From NCBI GenBank assembly GCA_965204745.1, contig OZ242010.1, positions 832,001 to 896,000 on the forward strand: a stretch of 64,000 nt of DNA, given 5' to 3'. The notes under the pieces were generated by a model, which was not told the origin of the DNA, searched no databases, and was given only the letters and a program-made list of their open reading frames with translations. Made by a program: the position numbers and the translations under genes. Source of the stretch: Candidatus Latescibacterota bacterium (GTDB taxonomy: Bacteria; Latescibacterota; UBA2968). This document shows, one piece after another, positions 9,107 to 18,994 of the stretch (position 1 is its first letter; each line of letters opens with the position of its first letter).

Positions 9107-10372
9107 ATGCTCAACATAGAAAACAGGACATTGTTCACCTGTGACAATTTGGACATAATGCGGGGAATCAATAGCGAAACCATTGATTTGATCTATTTGG
9201 ATCCGCCGTTTAACTCGAATCGTAACTATGCGGCGCCCATTGGTTCGCAGGCTGCTGGTGCCGCCTTCAAAGATACCTGGTCGCTTGATGATATTAAGAA
9301 GGAATGGGCAGAAGAGCTCGAGGCGAGCGATAAGGCAATTTGGGCGGCTATAACGATGGCGGGATATATCGGTGGGGAAAGCATACAAGCCTATTTGACT
9401 TATATGGCTATTCGGTTGATTGAGATACGGCGGATACTAAAAAAAACGGGGAGTATTTGGTTGCATTGTGATCCTACGGCGAGCCATTATTTGAAGGTGT
9501 TGATGGATGCCGTATTTGGGGAAAGAAGTTTCAAAAATGAAATTGTATGGCATTATCGCAGATGGACAGCCGCCTCTAAACGCTTTCAGAGAATGCATGA
9601 TATCCTTTTTTATTATACAAAAAGTGACCGGTATGTATTCACAAACCCTTTGCAGGCTTATGCCGACAAAAAATACATTGAGGATACCGTGCGAGGTATA
9701 GTTGATGGAAAGACGGTACGCTTAAAAGACGAAAAAGGTAACTATATCAAACGAAAAACCCAGAAAGGTGGTGTTTTGATGCATGATGTGTGGGAGGATA
9801 TCAATTTTATTGCCCCCACATCCAAAGAGCGTACCGGATACCCCACTCAAAAGCCTCTCGCCCTTCTTGAGCGCATTATTGAAGCCTCATCTAATGAAGG
9901 CGACGTTGTCCTTGACCCCTTTTGTGGATGTGCAACCACCTGCATTGCTGCTGAAAAACTTGGACGCCAGTGGATAGGCATTGACATAGAGCCTAAAGCG
10001 CGTGATATCGTAATAGATCGATTAAAAAAAGAGGTTGATAATTGGGGTCTTATCAAGGCGGCTGGTGGGAATCGGGCCGAAGTGATACATCACAAAAACG
10101 CGCCTAAGCGTACAGAAGAAGATGCTCCACGCCGTTCTCGTAATATCAAAGAGATACTATATTGGAAACAAGGTGGGAAATGTGCCGCGCCCTGTGGAAA
10201 AGATGGCACGGGACGAGAGTTGGATATTGATCTTTTTGAGGTTGACCACATACGCCCCAAATCTAAAGGCGGTCCTGATATTGATGAAAACTTACAACTG
10301 CTGTGCCCAACGTGTAACAGGCGAAAAGGCAATAAGACAATGCAATACTTGTTAGATGTTTTGACCAGGTGA
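9107..10372 (+). CDS. Beta-class N4C/N6A DNA methyltransferase fused to C-terminal HNH endonuclease
   Basis: IYLDPPF, YPTQKP, VLDPFCG; C-terminal CAAPC...EVDHIRPKSKGG...NLQLLCPTCNRRK. Confidence 0.92.
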   Translation: MLNIENRTLFTCDNLDIMRGINSETIDLIYLDPPFNSNRNYAAPIGSQAAGAAFKDTWSLDDIKKEWAEELEASDKAIWAAITMAGYIGGESIQAYLTYMAIRLIEIRRILKKTGSIWLHCDPTASHYLKVLMDAVFGERSFKNEIVWHYRRWTAASKRFQRMHDILFYYTKSDRYVFTNPLQAYADKKYIEDTVRGIVDGKTVRLKDEKGNYIKRKTQKGGVLMHDVWEDINFIAPTSKERTGYPTQKPLALLERIIEASSNEGDVVLDPFCGCATTCIAAEKLGRQWIGIDIEPKARDIVIDRLKKEVDNWGLIKAAGGNRAEVIHHKNAPKRTEEDAPRRSRNIKEILYWKQGGKCAAPCGKDGTGRELDIDLFEVDHIRPKSKGGPDIDENLQLLCPTCNRRKGNKTMQYLLDVLTR

Positions 10373-10487
10373 GTTGTGTAAAAAATAAGGAGATTATTCC
10401 TCTTCCCGACTCGGGGATGGGAATTTTTTTTATTTTTTTGACCTCCCATTCCGCTCTCCCTCCTCGCTTTGAGGAGGGAGTATTTTT

Positions 10488-12350
10488 TTATTTTTTCCGC
10501 TCCAAAACCTCCCATTCCGCGAACAGGCGATCTATTTTTTTTTGAACAGCGTCTTTTTCCGTTGCCAGTTCTTTGAGGCGATGCCAGTCTGCGGATAGGT
10601 CGTCGCGTGCCATTTCTTGGGCGAGTTGGTCGGCCTGTGCTTCTAGCGCGGTGATGGATTCTTCTAATTGAACAGCGCGGCGTTCTCGTTTTTGCTGGTG
10701 TCGCAGGGCGCGCTTGCGGGTTTGGTAGTCTTTGGGCGCGGGCCGCGTTTCCACGTCTTGCGTCAGGTGTTGATAGGCGTCGTAGTTGCCATCTATCAGT
10801 TGCCACTTGCCATCGCCGAGCACCAGCAGGCGATTGACCAAGCGATTGAGAAAATACCGGTCGTGCGAAACCGCGATCACTGTGCCCGCGAACGCCTCGA
10901 GCGCGCTTTCGAGCACCGTGCGAGCCGCGATGTCCAGGTGGTTGGTGGGTTCGTCCAAAATGAGCACATGGAGGGGCGCGCGCATCAATTTGGCCAGGGC
11001 CACGCGGCTTTGTTCCCCGCCGCTGAGTGCCCCGATTTCGCGCTCGACCTCATCTCCCGAAAACAGGAACGCGCCCAAAAACGTTCGGATCTCCTCCTCG
11101 GGCGCCTGGGGCGTGAGTGCCCAAATTTCTTCGAGCACGCGCAACTTGGGATTGAGGTCTTGCCGGGTTTGCGCGTAATAACCGATGTTGAGGCCCCTGC
11201 CCATGATCGCGCGGCCCGCGTCCGGGGCGAGTTCCCGGATGAGGATTTTCAACAGCACGGATTTGCCCGATCCATTGGGGCCTACGATGCCGAGGCGGTC
11301 GCCCCGCCACAACGTGAAATCGAGCGCGGAAAACAAGGGGCGATTGGAATAGGCTTTGGCGAGGTTCTCCACCTCCAAGACCCGATCCCCGCCCCGCGAC
11401 GCGGTGGCGAATGACAATTTGATGTCGCGCTGTTGTACGACGCGGTCGATGCGGTCGAGTTTTGCAAGTGCTTTGCGGCGGCTCTGCGCCTGTTTGGTCT
11501 TTTGCCCGGCGATGTTTCGGCGGATGTAATCTTCGGTGCGTTCGATGTACGCCTGTTGGGCGCGATAGGCTTTTTGCTGCTGGGCGCGGCGTTGTTCTTT
11601 TTGTGCGACATAAAAGGAATATGTGCCCGAATACGCTTCGATCCTGCCGCGTTCCAAGTCCGCAATTTTGGTCGCGGTGCGGTCGAGAAAGGTGCGGTCA
11701 TGCGAAATGACGACAAAGGCTTGGGCATACTCTGCGAGAAAGGATTCGAGCCATTCGATAGCCTGCAAATCGAGGTGGTTGGTCGGTTCGTCCAAGAGCA
11801 AGAGATCCGGTTCGCGGGCGAGCAACTGCGCGAGTGCCAAGCGGTTCTTTTGCCCGCCACTGAGCACGCGGGTTCGCAAATTCAAATCGGTCTCCCGAAA
11901 TCCCAAGCCAAAGAGAATGGCCTTGGCCCGCGCCTCGGTCGCGTACCCGCCCATGTGTTCGTACTGGTCTCGGAGACGCCCGTAGTCATTGAGCACGGCA
12001 TCGGACATGGCGCCATCGCCCATCAACTTTTCCAACTCGCCCAAGCGGTGCTGCAAATCCAAGAGATCGGCAAACGCATCGAGCATCGCATCCATCACGC
12101 TACACGCCGGGTCAAACGCGGGTTCCTGTGTCAAAATGCCGATGGTGATCCCGCGCTGCCGGTGCAAGTGTCCGCGGTCCGGGTCGGGCAGGATTTCTCC
12201 GGTGATGAGCCGAAACAACGTGGTCTTGCCACACCCATTCGGCCCGACAAGCCCGATGCGATCCCCCGGGTCAATCTGCCAATCAATCCCTCGCAACACG
12301 TCATACGCGCCGTAGGATTTATAGAGGTCTTTGAGTTGAATTAAGGGCAT
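10488..12350 (-). CDS. ABC-F family ATPase
   Basis: Two ABC domains (GPNGCGKT/LSGGQ/DEPTNHLD; GPNGSGKS/LSGGE/DEPTNHLD), linker and C-terminal coiled coil. Confidence 0.95.
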   Translation of the reverse strand: MPLIQLKDLYKSYGAYDVLRGIDWQIDPGDRIGLVGPNGCGKTTLFRLITGEILPDPDRGHLHRQRGITIGILTQEPAFDPACSVMDAMLDAFADLLDLQHRLGELEKLMGDGAMSDAVLNDYGRLRDQYEHMGGYATEARAKAILFGLGFRETDLNLRTRVLSGGQKNRLALAQLLAREPDLLLLDEPTNHLDLQAIEWLESFLAEYAQAFVVISHDRTFLDRTATKIADLERGRIEAYSGTYSFYVAQKEQRRAQQQKAYRAQQAYIERTEDYIRRNIAGQKTKQAQSRRKALAKLDRIDRVVQQRDIKLSFATASRGGDRVLEVENLAKAYSNRPLFSALDFTLWRGDRLGIVGPNGSGKSVLLKILIRELAPDAGRAIMGRGLNIGYYAQTRQDLNPKLRVLEEIWALTPQAPEEEIRTFLGAFLFSGDEVEREIGALSGGEQSRVALAKLMRAPLHVLILDEPTNHLDIAARTVLESALEAFAGTVIAVSHDRYFLNRLVNRLLVLGDGKWQLIDGNYDAYQHLTQDVETRPAPKDYQTRKRALRHQQKRERRAVQLEESITALEAQADQLAQEMARDDLSADWHRLKELATEKDAVQKKIDRLFAEWEVLERKK

Positions 12351-12351
12351 A

Positions 12352-12700
12352 AGTGAAAGGCGTAAGAGGGGAGAGGCAAGAGGGGAGATGGGATTTTAGC
12401 CACAAAAGGCACAAAAGGCACAAAAGGGGTACATGGCGACAGCCCGTTCAAAGGCGATCAGTGTGTAGGGGCGATGCTCTTGTGCTCGCCCAAAGATATA
12501 AGAAGCGGTCAGCGGTCAGGCCGCCCAACCCCTTAACCCCAAGTAGTCAGTAGTCAGTAGTCAGTCCCCGCACAGCCCTTCCGCAAGTGAGACGTGAGAC
12601 GCAAGACGGGAGAGGGCCACCCAGCACCCCAAGTTGTCAGTAGTCAGTCCACCCGCCCCTAGGCCCCAAGCGACCAGCCCTAGCCCCAACCCTCAAATCG
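12352..12700. repeat. Composite intergenic repeat cluster (7-mers, CACAAAAGG 9-mers, REP-like hairpin, CAGTAGT tract)
   Basis: The CACAAAAGG block and REP also occur inverted at 20010-20137; the CACAAAAGG block recurs at 42454-42630. Confidence 0.8.
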
Positions 12701-12889
12701 TCCCAACGCGAACGGCGATATGCCCCGTACTCTGCACTATCGTTCATGCGCGTTCATCTGTGGTTGCTTTTTGTTTTTTTCGTTGCGGAACCGGATCATA
12801 GCCCCCTTTGGCAAACGGATGGCAACAGGCGATGCGGCGCAAGGTCAAAGCGAGGGCGAATGCAAAGGAGTGGCGGCGGAAGGCTTCGA

Positions 12890-13540
12890 GGGCGTAGTGC
12901 AGAGGCGTTGGTAGGCGCGCTTTGGGGTCTCATCGTGCAAAACGAGTTTGAGGGCTTGGCCTTCCAAGTATGCAATTCGGCGTTTGAGGTGTCGAATATG
13001 CACCTGAATATCGCGTGCGATGAGGTGTGTGCTCCGGATGTGGTAGCTCTGCGCGTGGCTACGGTTCTGTTCGCGGCTGATCTCCTGCTTGAGATTGTCA
13101 AAGGTCACTTGCTTGATGGTTTGTCCAGGCATGGACAGGGCAACGGACAACGTACGGGCACTGACATCAATGCCTGCAAAAACGGGTTGAAATTTCGACA
13201 GAGGGGCCTCCTGTGCAGGCCAAGTCCGCGACTTGCAGGCCGACGAGGGACTGTTGAAATTTCGACAGAGGGGCCTCCTGTGATGAGGGGGTTGTAAGGG
13301 ATCTGGTGTGCAATCGAGTTCGCGTCCCGACACCTTTTCGCGCCAAGTCTACCGACCTTGTATATGCAGCCTCAATGGACTTAGATACGCTTCGGCATAG
13401 ACCCGGTGGTCGGGGGGCCTATCTCCCGTACAAGGTCATCGCTTTCAAGGGGGGACGGCCTTCCCCGAGCCGGGCATCAAGATGTCGTGTCTCGATACGA
13501 GGGCGCAACACCTAATTAACCCTTAATCCCAAGATACAAG
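12890..13540 (-). mobile_element. Degenerate IS110 copy: internally deleted recombinase remnant, intact left end
   Basis: High similarity to 7140-8051. Start codon changed to CTG, deletion between ...VTF and DNLKQEI..., 3' half missing, 29-bp duplication near 13187-13282; left-end core at 13539-13540. Confidence 0.9.
13335..13520 (-). ncRNA. Second IS110 bridge RNA with altered guides; ends approximate
   Basis: Scaffold nearly identical to copy 1; LTG GTCCCCCCT, RTG ACGGGAGA, LDG AGCGTATCT, RDG ATACAAG. Confidence 0.8.
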
Positions 13541-13572
13541 ACGATTCTCAACGCAAGCCCGGTTCTCCACCT

Positions 13573-14267
13573 GTCTCAATTCCATAGTGGTTCGATTAAA
13601 AGTACCGCACCGCCTCGTCGAGGGCATCGGTGCGGCTGAGTTTCAATTCCATAGTGGTTCGATTAAAAGGGAAAGGATATAACCCAGCATGTGTTCGTAT
13701 TCCTCAGTTTCAATTCCATAGTGGTTCGATTAAAAGTTAGAGCCGGGGGTTGACCAAAAGCACCTTGACCAGGTTTCAATTCCATAGTGGTTCGATTAAA
13801 AGGCGCAGAGACCTGCGCGGCCACGGACGGACAGACGATGTTTCAATTCCATAGTGGTTCGATTAAAAGTGCTCCCTCACGATGTCCGAATGATGGGGGG
13901 ACCATCGTTTCAATTCCATAGTGGTTCGATTAAAAGCCATCCCCAGCGCTGCGCGCTCACCGCTCAGGTTGGTTTCAATTCCATAGTGGTTCGATTAAAA
14001 GGAGGCATGAACCGCATCTACGGAAAGCCCGCACCGAGTTTCAATTCCATAGTGGTTCGATTAAAAGAGCAAAGCAACTCAGGCTACAAACGTTTTTTTT
14101 TAAGATGTTTCAATTCCATAGTGGTTCGATTAAAAGTCAGGACGGAACGATCAACAAGACGGGCTTTTACGGGTTTCAATTCCATAGTGGTTCGATTAAA
14201 AGACATGCGGCCTGGGCTAAATACGTCGGCAAGCATGGTTTCAATTCCATAGTGGTTCGATTAAAAG
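13573..14267 (-). CRISPR. CRISPR array: 11 repeats of 30 bp (CTTTTAATCGAACCACTATGGAATTGAAAC on minus), 10 spacers of 35-39 bp
   Basis: Repeat starts at 13573 (variant GTCTC, trailer), 13640, 13707, 13773, 13840, 13907, 13972, 14038, 14107, 14173, 14238. The ATTGAAAC 3' end and the degenerate left repeat give minus orientation. Confidence 0.98.
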
Positions 14268-14303
14268 GCGTAACCACTTCCGGAGACAGCGAGGTATCTA
14301 TAG

Positions 14304-15382
14304 TAGGACTTACGCCATGGTCATTGGTATCGCCGGTGTTTTGAGTTGTTGTCTCAAATAGTCCTCCCATAAGCCATGTTTGACTTGATAGATGGTTTGT
14401 CCAGTCTGATAGGCGACTTGGGTCAGTCGTCCCCAAACGAGAAAGGCACACGCGATGTGGTTTCGCACAATGCGTGCCAATCGGCATTGACACTTTTCAA
14501 GTCCCGTTACCTGTTTTGCTTCCCGGTGAACTTGCTCAATCTTCCAACGCAAGTGGCACACCGCTTGTGCCACCGACGGGTCGGTTTGAGTCAAGTCGTT
14601 GGTTACGATATACGCCGTGCGTCCCATAACAGACGCGACCCGGAATACGTTCACCTTGTGGTTTTTGGGGAACCCTCTGAGTTTAATGCGTTTCCCTGTG
14701 GCCTGTTCGCGTTTTGTCCAAGTTAAGGCATCAACCCGTTGATAGGGATTTACACCTGCCGAATCGTCCACGAGGCGATTCTTTTTGATAGGACAGGAAT
14801 AGGTCTTTTGCAAGTGCTCAATGTGAAGCATGACTGCTTTCGTGGCATACCAAGTCAACATCACCACCCGCTCAAAAGGCAACTTTTTGTGATAGACCAA
14901 GAGCGACAACATCTCTTTGACGTGGTCTAACTTGGTTTTTCCATCCCCTTGCGGATCGTAAATGCGATAGTCAATCAGCCAAAACCGATCTTGAATCGGA
15001 TTGACATACACACACGTCACCACACCGATCCCCGAGATGACCCCCTTCGCATTGCCACTGTATTGCCGACGCACGAGGGCCATCTTTTTCGCATAGCGCT
15101 TATCTAAGACCGTGTCATCAAAGAGAATCACGCCCTTTGCGGTCGACGTGAGGTGGGGTTTGACGTTTTCCCAGATCACGCGCGGCGAGACGCGATCCCC
15201 ACCCAGATAGCGGTTGAGCATATCATGCGTGAACCTGTCGCTGTGATCTGCGAAATGAGTCAGGGTATAGTTGAGCGGACTGCTAAGCAAATACTGGCAG
15301 TAATCCAGGCGTGTTGGTTTCGCCATACAGACCTCCAAAGTGAGGATGGGGGGGCGATCCCGTTCTTTTTTTGTAAGTCCTA
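14304..15382 (-). mobile_element. IS701-family insertion sequence
   Basis: Terminal inverted repeats TAGGACTTAC (14304) and GTAAGTCCTA (ends 15382) enclose the transposase; no matching flanking duplication. Confidence 0.88.
14310..15326 (-). CDS. IS701 DDE transposase, possibly inactive
   Basis: FDDTVLDK, YSGN, RWKIEQ.HRE.KQ, CQCR..R..RNHI; the second Asp position reads VVMLTWY. Confidence 0.9.
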   Translation of the reverse strand: MAKPTRLDYCQYLLSSPLNYTLTHFADHSDRFTHDMLNRYLGGDRVSPRVIWENVKPHLTSTAKGVILFDDTVLDKRYAKKMALVRRQYSGNAKGVISGIGVVTCVYVNPIQDRFWLIDYRIYDPQGDGKTKLDHVKEMLSLLVYHKKLPFERVVMLTWYATKAVMLHIEHLQKTYSCPIKKNRLVDDSAGVNPYQRVDALTWTKREQATGKRIKLRGFPKNHKVNVFRVASVMGRTAYIVTNDLTQTDPSVAQAVCHLRWKIEQVHREAKQVTGLEKCQCRLARIVRNHIACAFLVWGRLTQVAYQTGQTIYQVKHGLWEDYLRQQLKTPAIPMTMA

Positions 15383-15525
15383 AGATGGTCAAAAAAATCG
15401 GCCTCACCGGAAATTTCCGAGAGAAACCCCATCGCGTCTCTCATGCTGAAAAAGACCGCGAGGCAGTTTTCAGTGTGTTCCCACAGGGTTTCAGGTGGGG
15501 CACTTTTGGCGAGCAGGTCTGTCAT
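15383..15525 (-). pseudogene. cas3: 5' fragment of cas3 (start of HD domain), cut by IS701
   Basis: MTDLLAKSAPPETLWEHT... immediately after cas5; typical Cas3 start AKS...TL.EH. Confidence 0.85.
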
Positions 15526-15528
15526 CGT

Positions 15529-16161
15529 TCACCTCGACTTTTCGTGCAAATACACCCCCCAGCCCTTGCCCATGTCTTGCAGTGCCGCGCCGCGATACGC
15601 AACGCGCTCGGTCAGCATGTAAAACGGACGGATGCCTTGCGGGCGGCGGGGGCGTTCTCGCGTAAAATGCGTTGGCAACGCTTGTAGTTGACCGTAAATC
15701 TGTTCATTCGGAAATGGCAGAAGCGTATCGCAATACGTGGTTTCAGAGACTTCTTGCAACTCGACCTCTGCAATGGATACGACCGTTGCCAATTCCGTTG
15801 AACGCCCCAACAACAAGGGATAATGCGGCACTTCGAGATGCGGCCTGAGCCACAGCGCGGATGTGTACAGATAGAGTTCTGGCGAAACGAGAAATTCGCG
15901 TTTGCAGATATTCGGTTTTGCCTTCAGCCGCGTTTGATCAAATTCGTACACCGTTTCCAAGTCGATGGCTTTGCCTCGGCTTTGAAAGACAAACCCGATG
16001 GGTGCGTCGTCGGGTGTCACCCAATCGCCTCTCGCTGCGGACAGCAAGCCGTAGAGGGTCGAAAGCGGCGGTACGGGGAGTGTGGGTTGCAATCCACTGA
16101 TAAACAATGGGTTGCGGAACGATGCGACCCATCCGCTGATGTGAACGCGAAGGACTTTCAT
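15529..16161 (-). CDS. cas5: Type I-B Cas5
   Basis: ASFRNP...QPTLPVPPLSTLYGLLSAA and LLLGRS; operon position. Confidence 0.93.
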   Translation of the reverse strand: MKVLRVHISGWVASFRNPLFISGLQPTLPVPPLSTLYGLLSAARGDWVTPDDAPIGFVFQSRGKAIDLETVYEFDQTRLKAKPNICKREFLVSPELYLYTSALWLRPHLEVPHYPLLLGRSTELATVVSIAEVELQEVSETTYCDTLLPFPNEQIYGQLQALPTHFTRERPRRPQGIRPFYMLTERVAYRGAALQDMGKGWGVYLHEKSR

Positions 16162-17150
16162 CGCGCCTCTCCAAAGTGGGCTGAAAGTTTTGTTGCCAAC
16201 TGCGAGACGACCCGATTGGGCGAATCGTAGATCACCGAGTCGGATTGTGCCAACTCGCGCAAGTCGTCATCCCGTTCATCCATAAATCCCGCCCGGCGAC
16301 CGATGTAAATGGGTTCGAGAAAACGGCTGTCGTAATCGGCGATCACCTGCCGCAGTGCCGCAACGCTTAGCTCGCCCTGTCCGTCGCGCTCGACCATCAG
16401 GTTCATGAAGGGATGATTGCCGCCCTCGAGAACCGACAGGACGATCAACTTCGGGGTTATGTCGGTCAGGTGTGAGGTCAATTTCGCGCCGCCGCTCAAC
16501 ACGGGCAATGCCTCGAGCGTTTGCTGGCAACGCCGCACGCGGATGTCGCGTGGCAAAACCCAGGGCGCGTTTTTATCCGATTGCTGCCCGCCCGCGGCTT
16601 TGATGGTTGGGAGGTGGCTAGCGGCGATGTTTTTGTACCCCGTCTTGTCGATGTTGTAGAATGCCCCGACCGCATCGAGGTCGAGCGAAAAAATGCCTTT
16701 GAGCACACAGGCATAAAACTGATGTTCGTAGGGAACCGGGTCGCCTTCATGCCGCGCCATCACGCCAAAATCATTCGTGGGCGCCTGCGGCGCAATGGCG
16801 ATCAATGGAGAACATTTGAGCGGCGAGAGTCGCGTCAAGGTCTCTTTTTTAACGGCCTTCATGTACCCAAAAACGTCATCGTCATCATAGAGGATGGGAT
16901 CGGCAGCGGTGAAGGCGATCTTCTTTTCCCGTTCAATCGGCGAAAGTGCCCAATCGAACTCCTCGCCCAAGGTGGTTCGCCACCAATTCCGCCACGCCTG
17001 CCCGGAAACATAAGGGTACGCGGCTTTCCCTTTGCGAAGCGTTTTGACGACCACGATGTTTTCCGTCGCTTGCGACGCTTCGGTTCCCGCGTTGTTGAGC
17101 GCGGAGTGCGGGGCGTCGATGAGCACCAGTCCGATGAGATGTTTCGACAT
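16158..17150 (-). CDS. cas7: Type I-B Cas7 (Cst2/DevR type)
   Basis: SALNNAG, PYVSGQAWR.WWR, DDDVFGYM, TRLSPLK, GGAK. Confidence 0.93.
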   Translation of the reverse strand: MSKHLIGLVLIDAPHSALNNAGTEASQATENIVVVKTLRKGKAAYPYVSGQAWRNWWRTTLGEEFDWALSPIEREKKIAFTAADPILYDDDDVFGYMKAVKKETLTRLSPLKCSPLIAIAPQAPTNDFGVMARHEGDPVPYEHQFYACVLKGIFSLDLDAVGAFYNIDKTGYKNIAASHLPTIKAAGGQQSDKNAPWVLPRDIRVRRCQQTLEALPVLSGGAKLTSHLTDITPKLIVLSVLEGGNHPFMNLMVERDGQGELSVAALRQVIADYDSRFLEPIYIGRRAGFMDERDDDLRELAQSDSVIYDSPNRVVSQLATKLSAHFGEAR

Positions 17151-17152
17151 GG

Positions 17153-18529
17153 TTAAACCTCCTCATTTTCGTCGTTTGTGAGCGTTTCAATTTCGTCATC
17201 TTCTTTGACGAAACCGCTCTCTTTCAACCAATTGTGGAGTTGTTCGTAAATTCTAAAGACCAACAAATCCCGGGTTTCTCGCCACAATGTCATCTGATCC
17301 GCCGATTCTGGAAACAGATGTGTGACGTAATCATCCAGCAAAAAAAGCGGGTCTTCTTCGCCCTGCCTCAGGCGGTCTCGAATCACGAATCGCAGAACAT
17401 TTCGACATACGCCATAGCTGTTGGCGCGTTCGAGTTGTCTAAGGCGGAGGTCCCTTTCGTCTTTGCGAATGCTCTTTGCAATTGCGTCGCCGACCTCCTT
17501 GATGGCATTGAGCCTCAATTCATCCACCTTTTGCACCTCCTTTAGGTAAAGGGAAAGAAAGGTCCAGTTGCTACGTGCTTTTCGCGCACGCCTGTTCATG
17601 AAAAATCCGACGATGGATCGCCCCAGCAAGAGGCGTTCGTAAACGGAATTCGGGCGGTTTTTGTAATCTTCCTCCGATTTGACTTTGTCCCATCTGACGC
17701 GCTGATACCCGCTTTGGACAATTCGTCGCCACGCCTTGCGAAATTCGTGCTGATAAGCGTAGCAGAGGAAGCGAAAGACAGGCGCGGGCAGGTGAAAAAT
17801 TTCGAGTTCTGGATTTTGATTGTAATTTGAAAAGCAGTAGATCTGCATGGCGATATTTTCATCGAATCGCCTCTCCTCATAGCGAATCATTTCGCTGGTC
17901 ATATAAAAAAGCCCATTGCGCGGATTGGCATATCCCGGATTGTAACACCCCGAAATTTCCCTGCGAAGTGCTTGTTGGCGGACATCGTCAATACAGATGC
18001 GCGCCCAAGAACTCAGCGCCCGCCATGAATTGGAATGCAGCATCAAGAACTTGCCAGCACTCGCAACGAATGCGAGCGGGCCGAGTTGAATCGCCAACGC
18101 ACAAGCCGCACAATAGCCCATTCCCTCTGCGAAAGTTGGAAAAAAATTACGCAACTTGCCCGATCCTGTGAGCGGGATATTTTCCCGTTTGAGCATGCGA
18201 TTTGCCTCACGCCTTCCACAACCGATGCAATCGCCGGTTGAGCCGATCTCCTCTATCGCGTCAAGATATTCTCCACAGAGTTCTCGGAGCAATTCGACGC
18301 GATTGCGTTTGCTGTACGCTGAGTTGGTCAATACGCTGTTGGGAAAAATGGAGTGGAGATTCTTCCAGTCCGCGGTTGTTTGCATCATAGGCGCGATGTC
18401 CTCGACGATTTGCTCGAGGTTGTGAATCGCAATCTCTTCCGGCTTTGTCCCTCGGCCCACCCATTCACAAATCGCGCTGACACCCGCATCGACGAATGGA
18501 TTGCCCATCAGTTTTTCATAGATCGCCAT
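17153..18529 (-). CDS. cas8: Type I-B large subunit Cas8 (Cst1/Cas8b1, CxxC-CxxC type)
   Basis: GNPFVDAG, IFPNS, CIGCG...PLTGS...NFF...CAAC, FSNY. Confidence 0.88.
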   Translation of the reverse strand: MAIYEKLMGNPFVDAGVSAICEWVGRGTKPEEIAIHNLEQIVEDIAPMMQTTADWKNLHSIFPNSVLTNSAYSKRNRVELLRELCGEYLDAIEEIGSTGDCIGCGRREANRMLKRENIPLTGSGKLRNFFPTFAEGMGYCAACALAIQLGPLAFVASAGKFLMLHSNSWRALSSWARICIDDVRQQALRREISGCYNPGYANPRNGLFYMTSEMIRYEERRFDENIAMQIYCFSNYNQNPELEIFHLPAPVFRFLCYAYQHEFRKAWRRIVQSGYQRVRWDKVKSEEDYKNRPNSVYERLLLGRSIVGFFMNRRARKARSNWTFLSLYLKEVQKVDELRLNAIKEVGDAIAKSIRKDERDLRLRQLERANSYGVCRNVLRFVIRDRLRQGEEDPLFLLDDYVTHLFPESADQMTLWRETRDLLVFRIYEQLHNWLKESGFVKEDDEIETLTNDENEEV

Positions 18530-18566
18530 AGTGCCCCTCCTTCTCTCGCCCTGCTACGCGAGTGTT

Positions 18567-18993
18567 TAGGTCGTGTTGACATTTTATTTTTTGACGTTAC
18601 ACACAGATTAGCAAATGTGTTGCTTGCTCATTTAAGGCGTTTCCTTTGAGGGCTTCTCGCTCTGGTTGCTCTGATGGCGTTGCGCGAGGGGACCTATCCC
18701 CCGGCCCCTTTCCTACGAGGAAAGGGGAGTAAAGTCCCTTTGATGGCTTCTAGCTCTAGTTGCTCTGATGGCGTTGACCGAAGGCATAAAGCGATTAAAA
18801 ATCCCTCATCAATACCCTCGCAAAACCGCTCACTGTTCCCCCTTCCTCGCAGGAAGGGGGGCTAGGGGGGTAGGTCCCGATAAGGAGCGACTGTTTCAGT
18901 TTCTCAAATCGAGAACATATCCTGCGATAGGGCTTGATTTTCTCGATAAATCGCTCAAGCCGGTGCATGGCTCGTAAATGTCAACATAACCTA
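18567..18993. mobile_element. MITE-like element between cas8 and cas6
   Basis: Inverted ends TAGGTCGTGTTGACATTT / AAATGTCAACATAACCTA; end segments shared with 50557-51057 and 32371-32688. Confidence 0.8.
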
Positions 18994-18994
18994 G

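Noticed and set aside
13603-14300. Self-targeting spacers
   Set aside because: No match noticed by eye in this window; a proper search was not possible.
13854-14344. ORFs running through the CRISPR array
   Set aside because: Translations of repeats and spacers.
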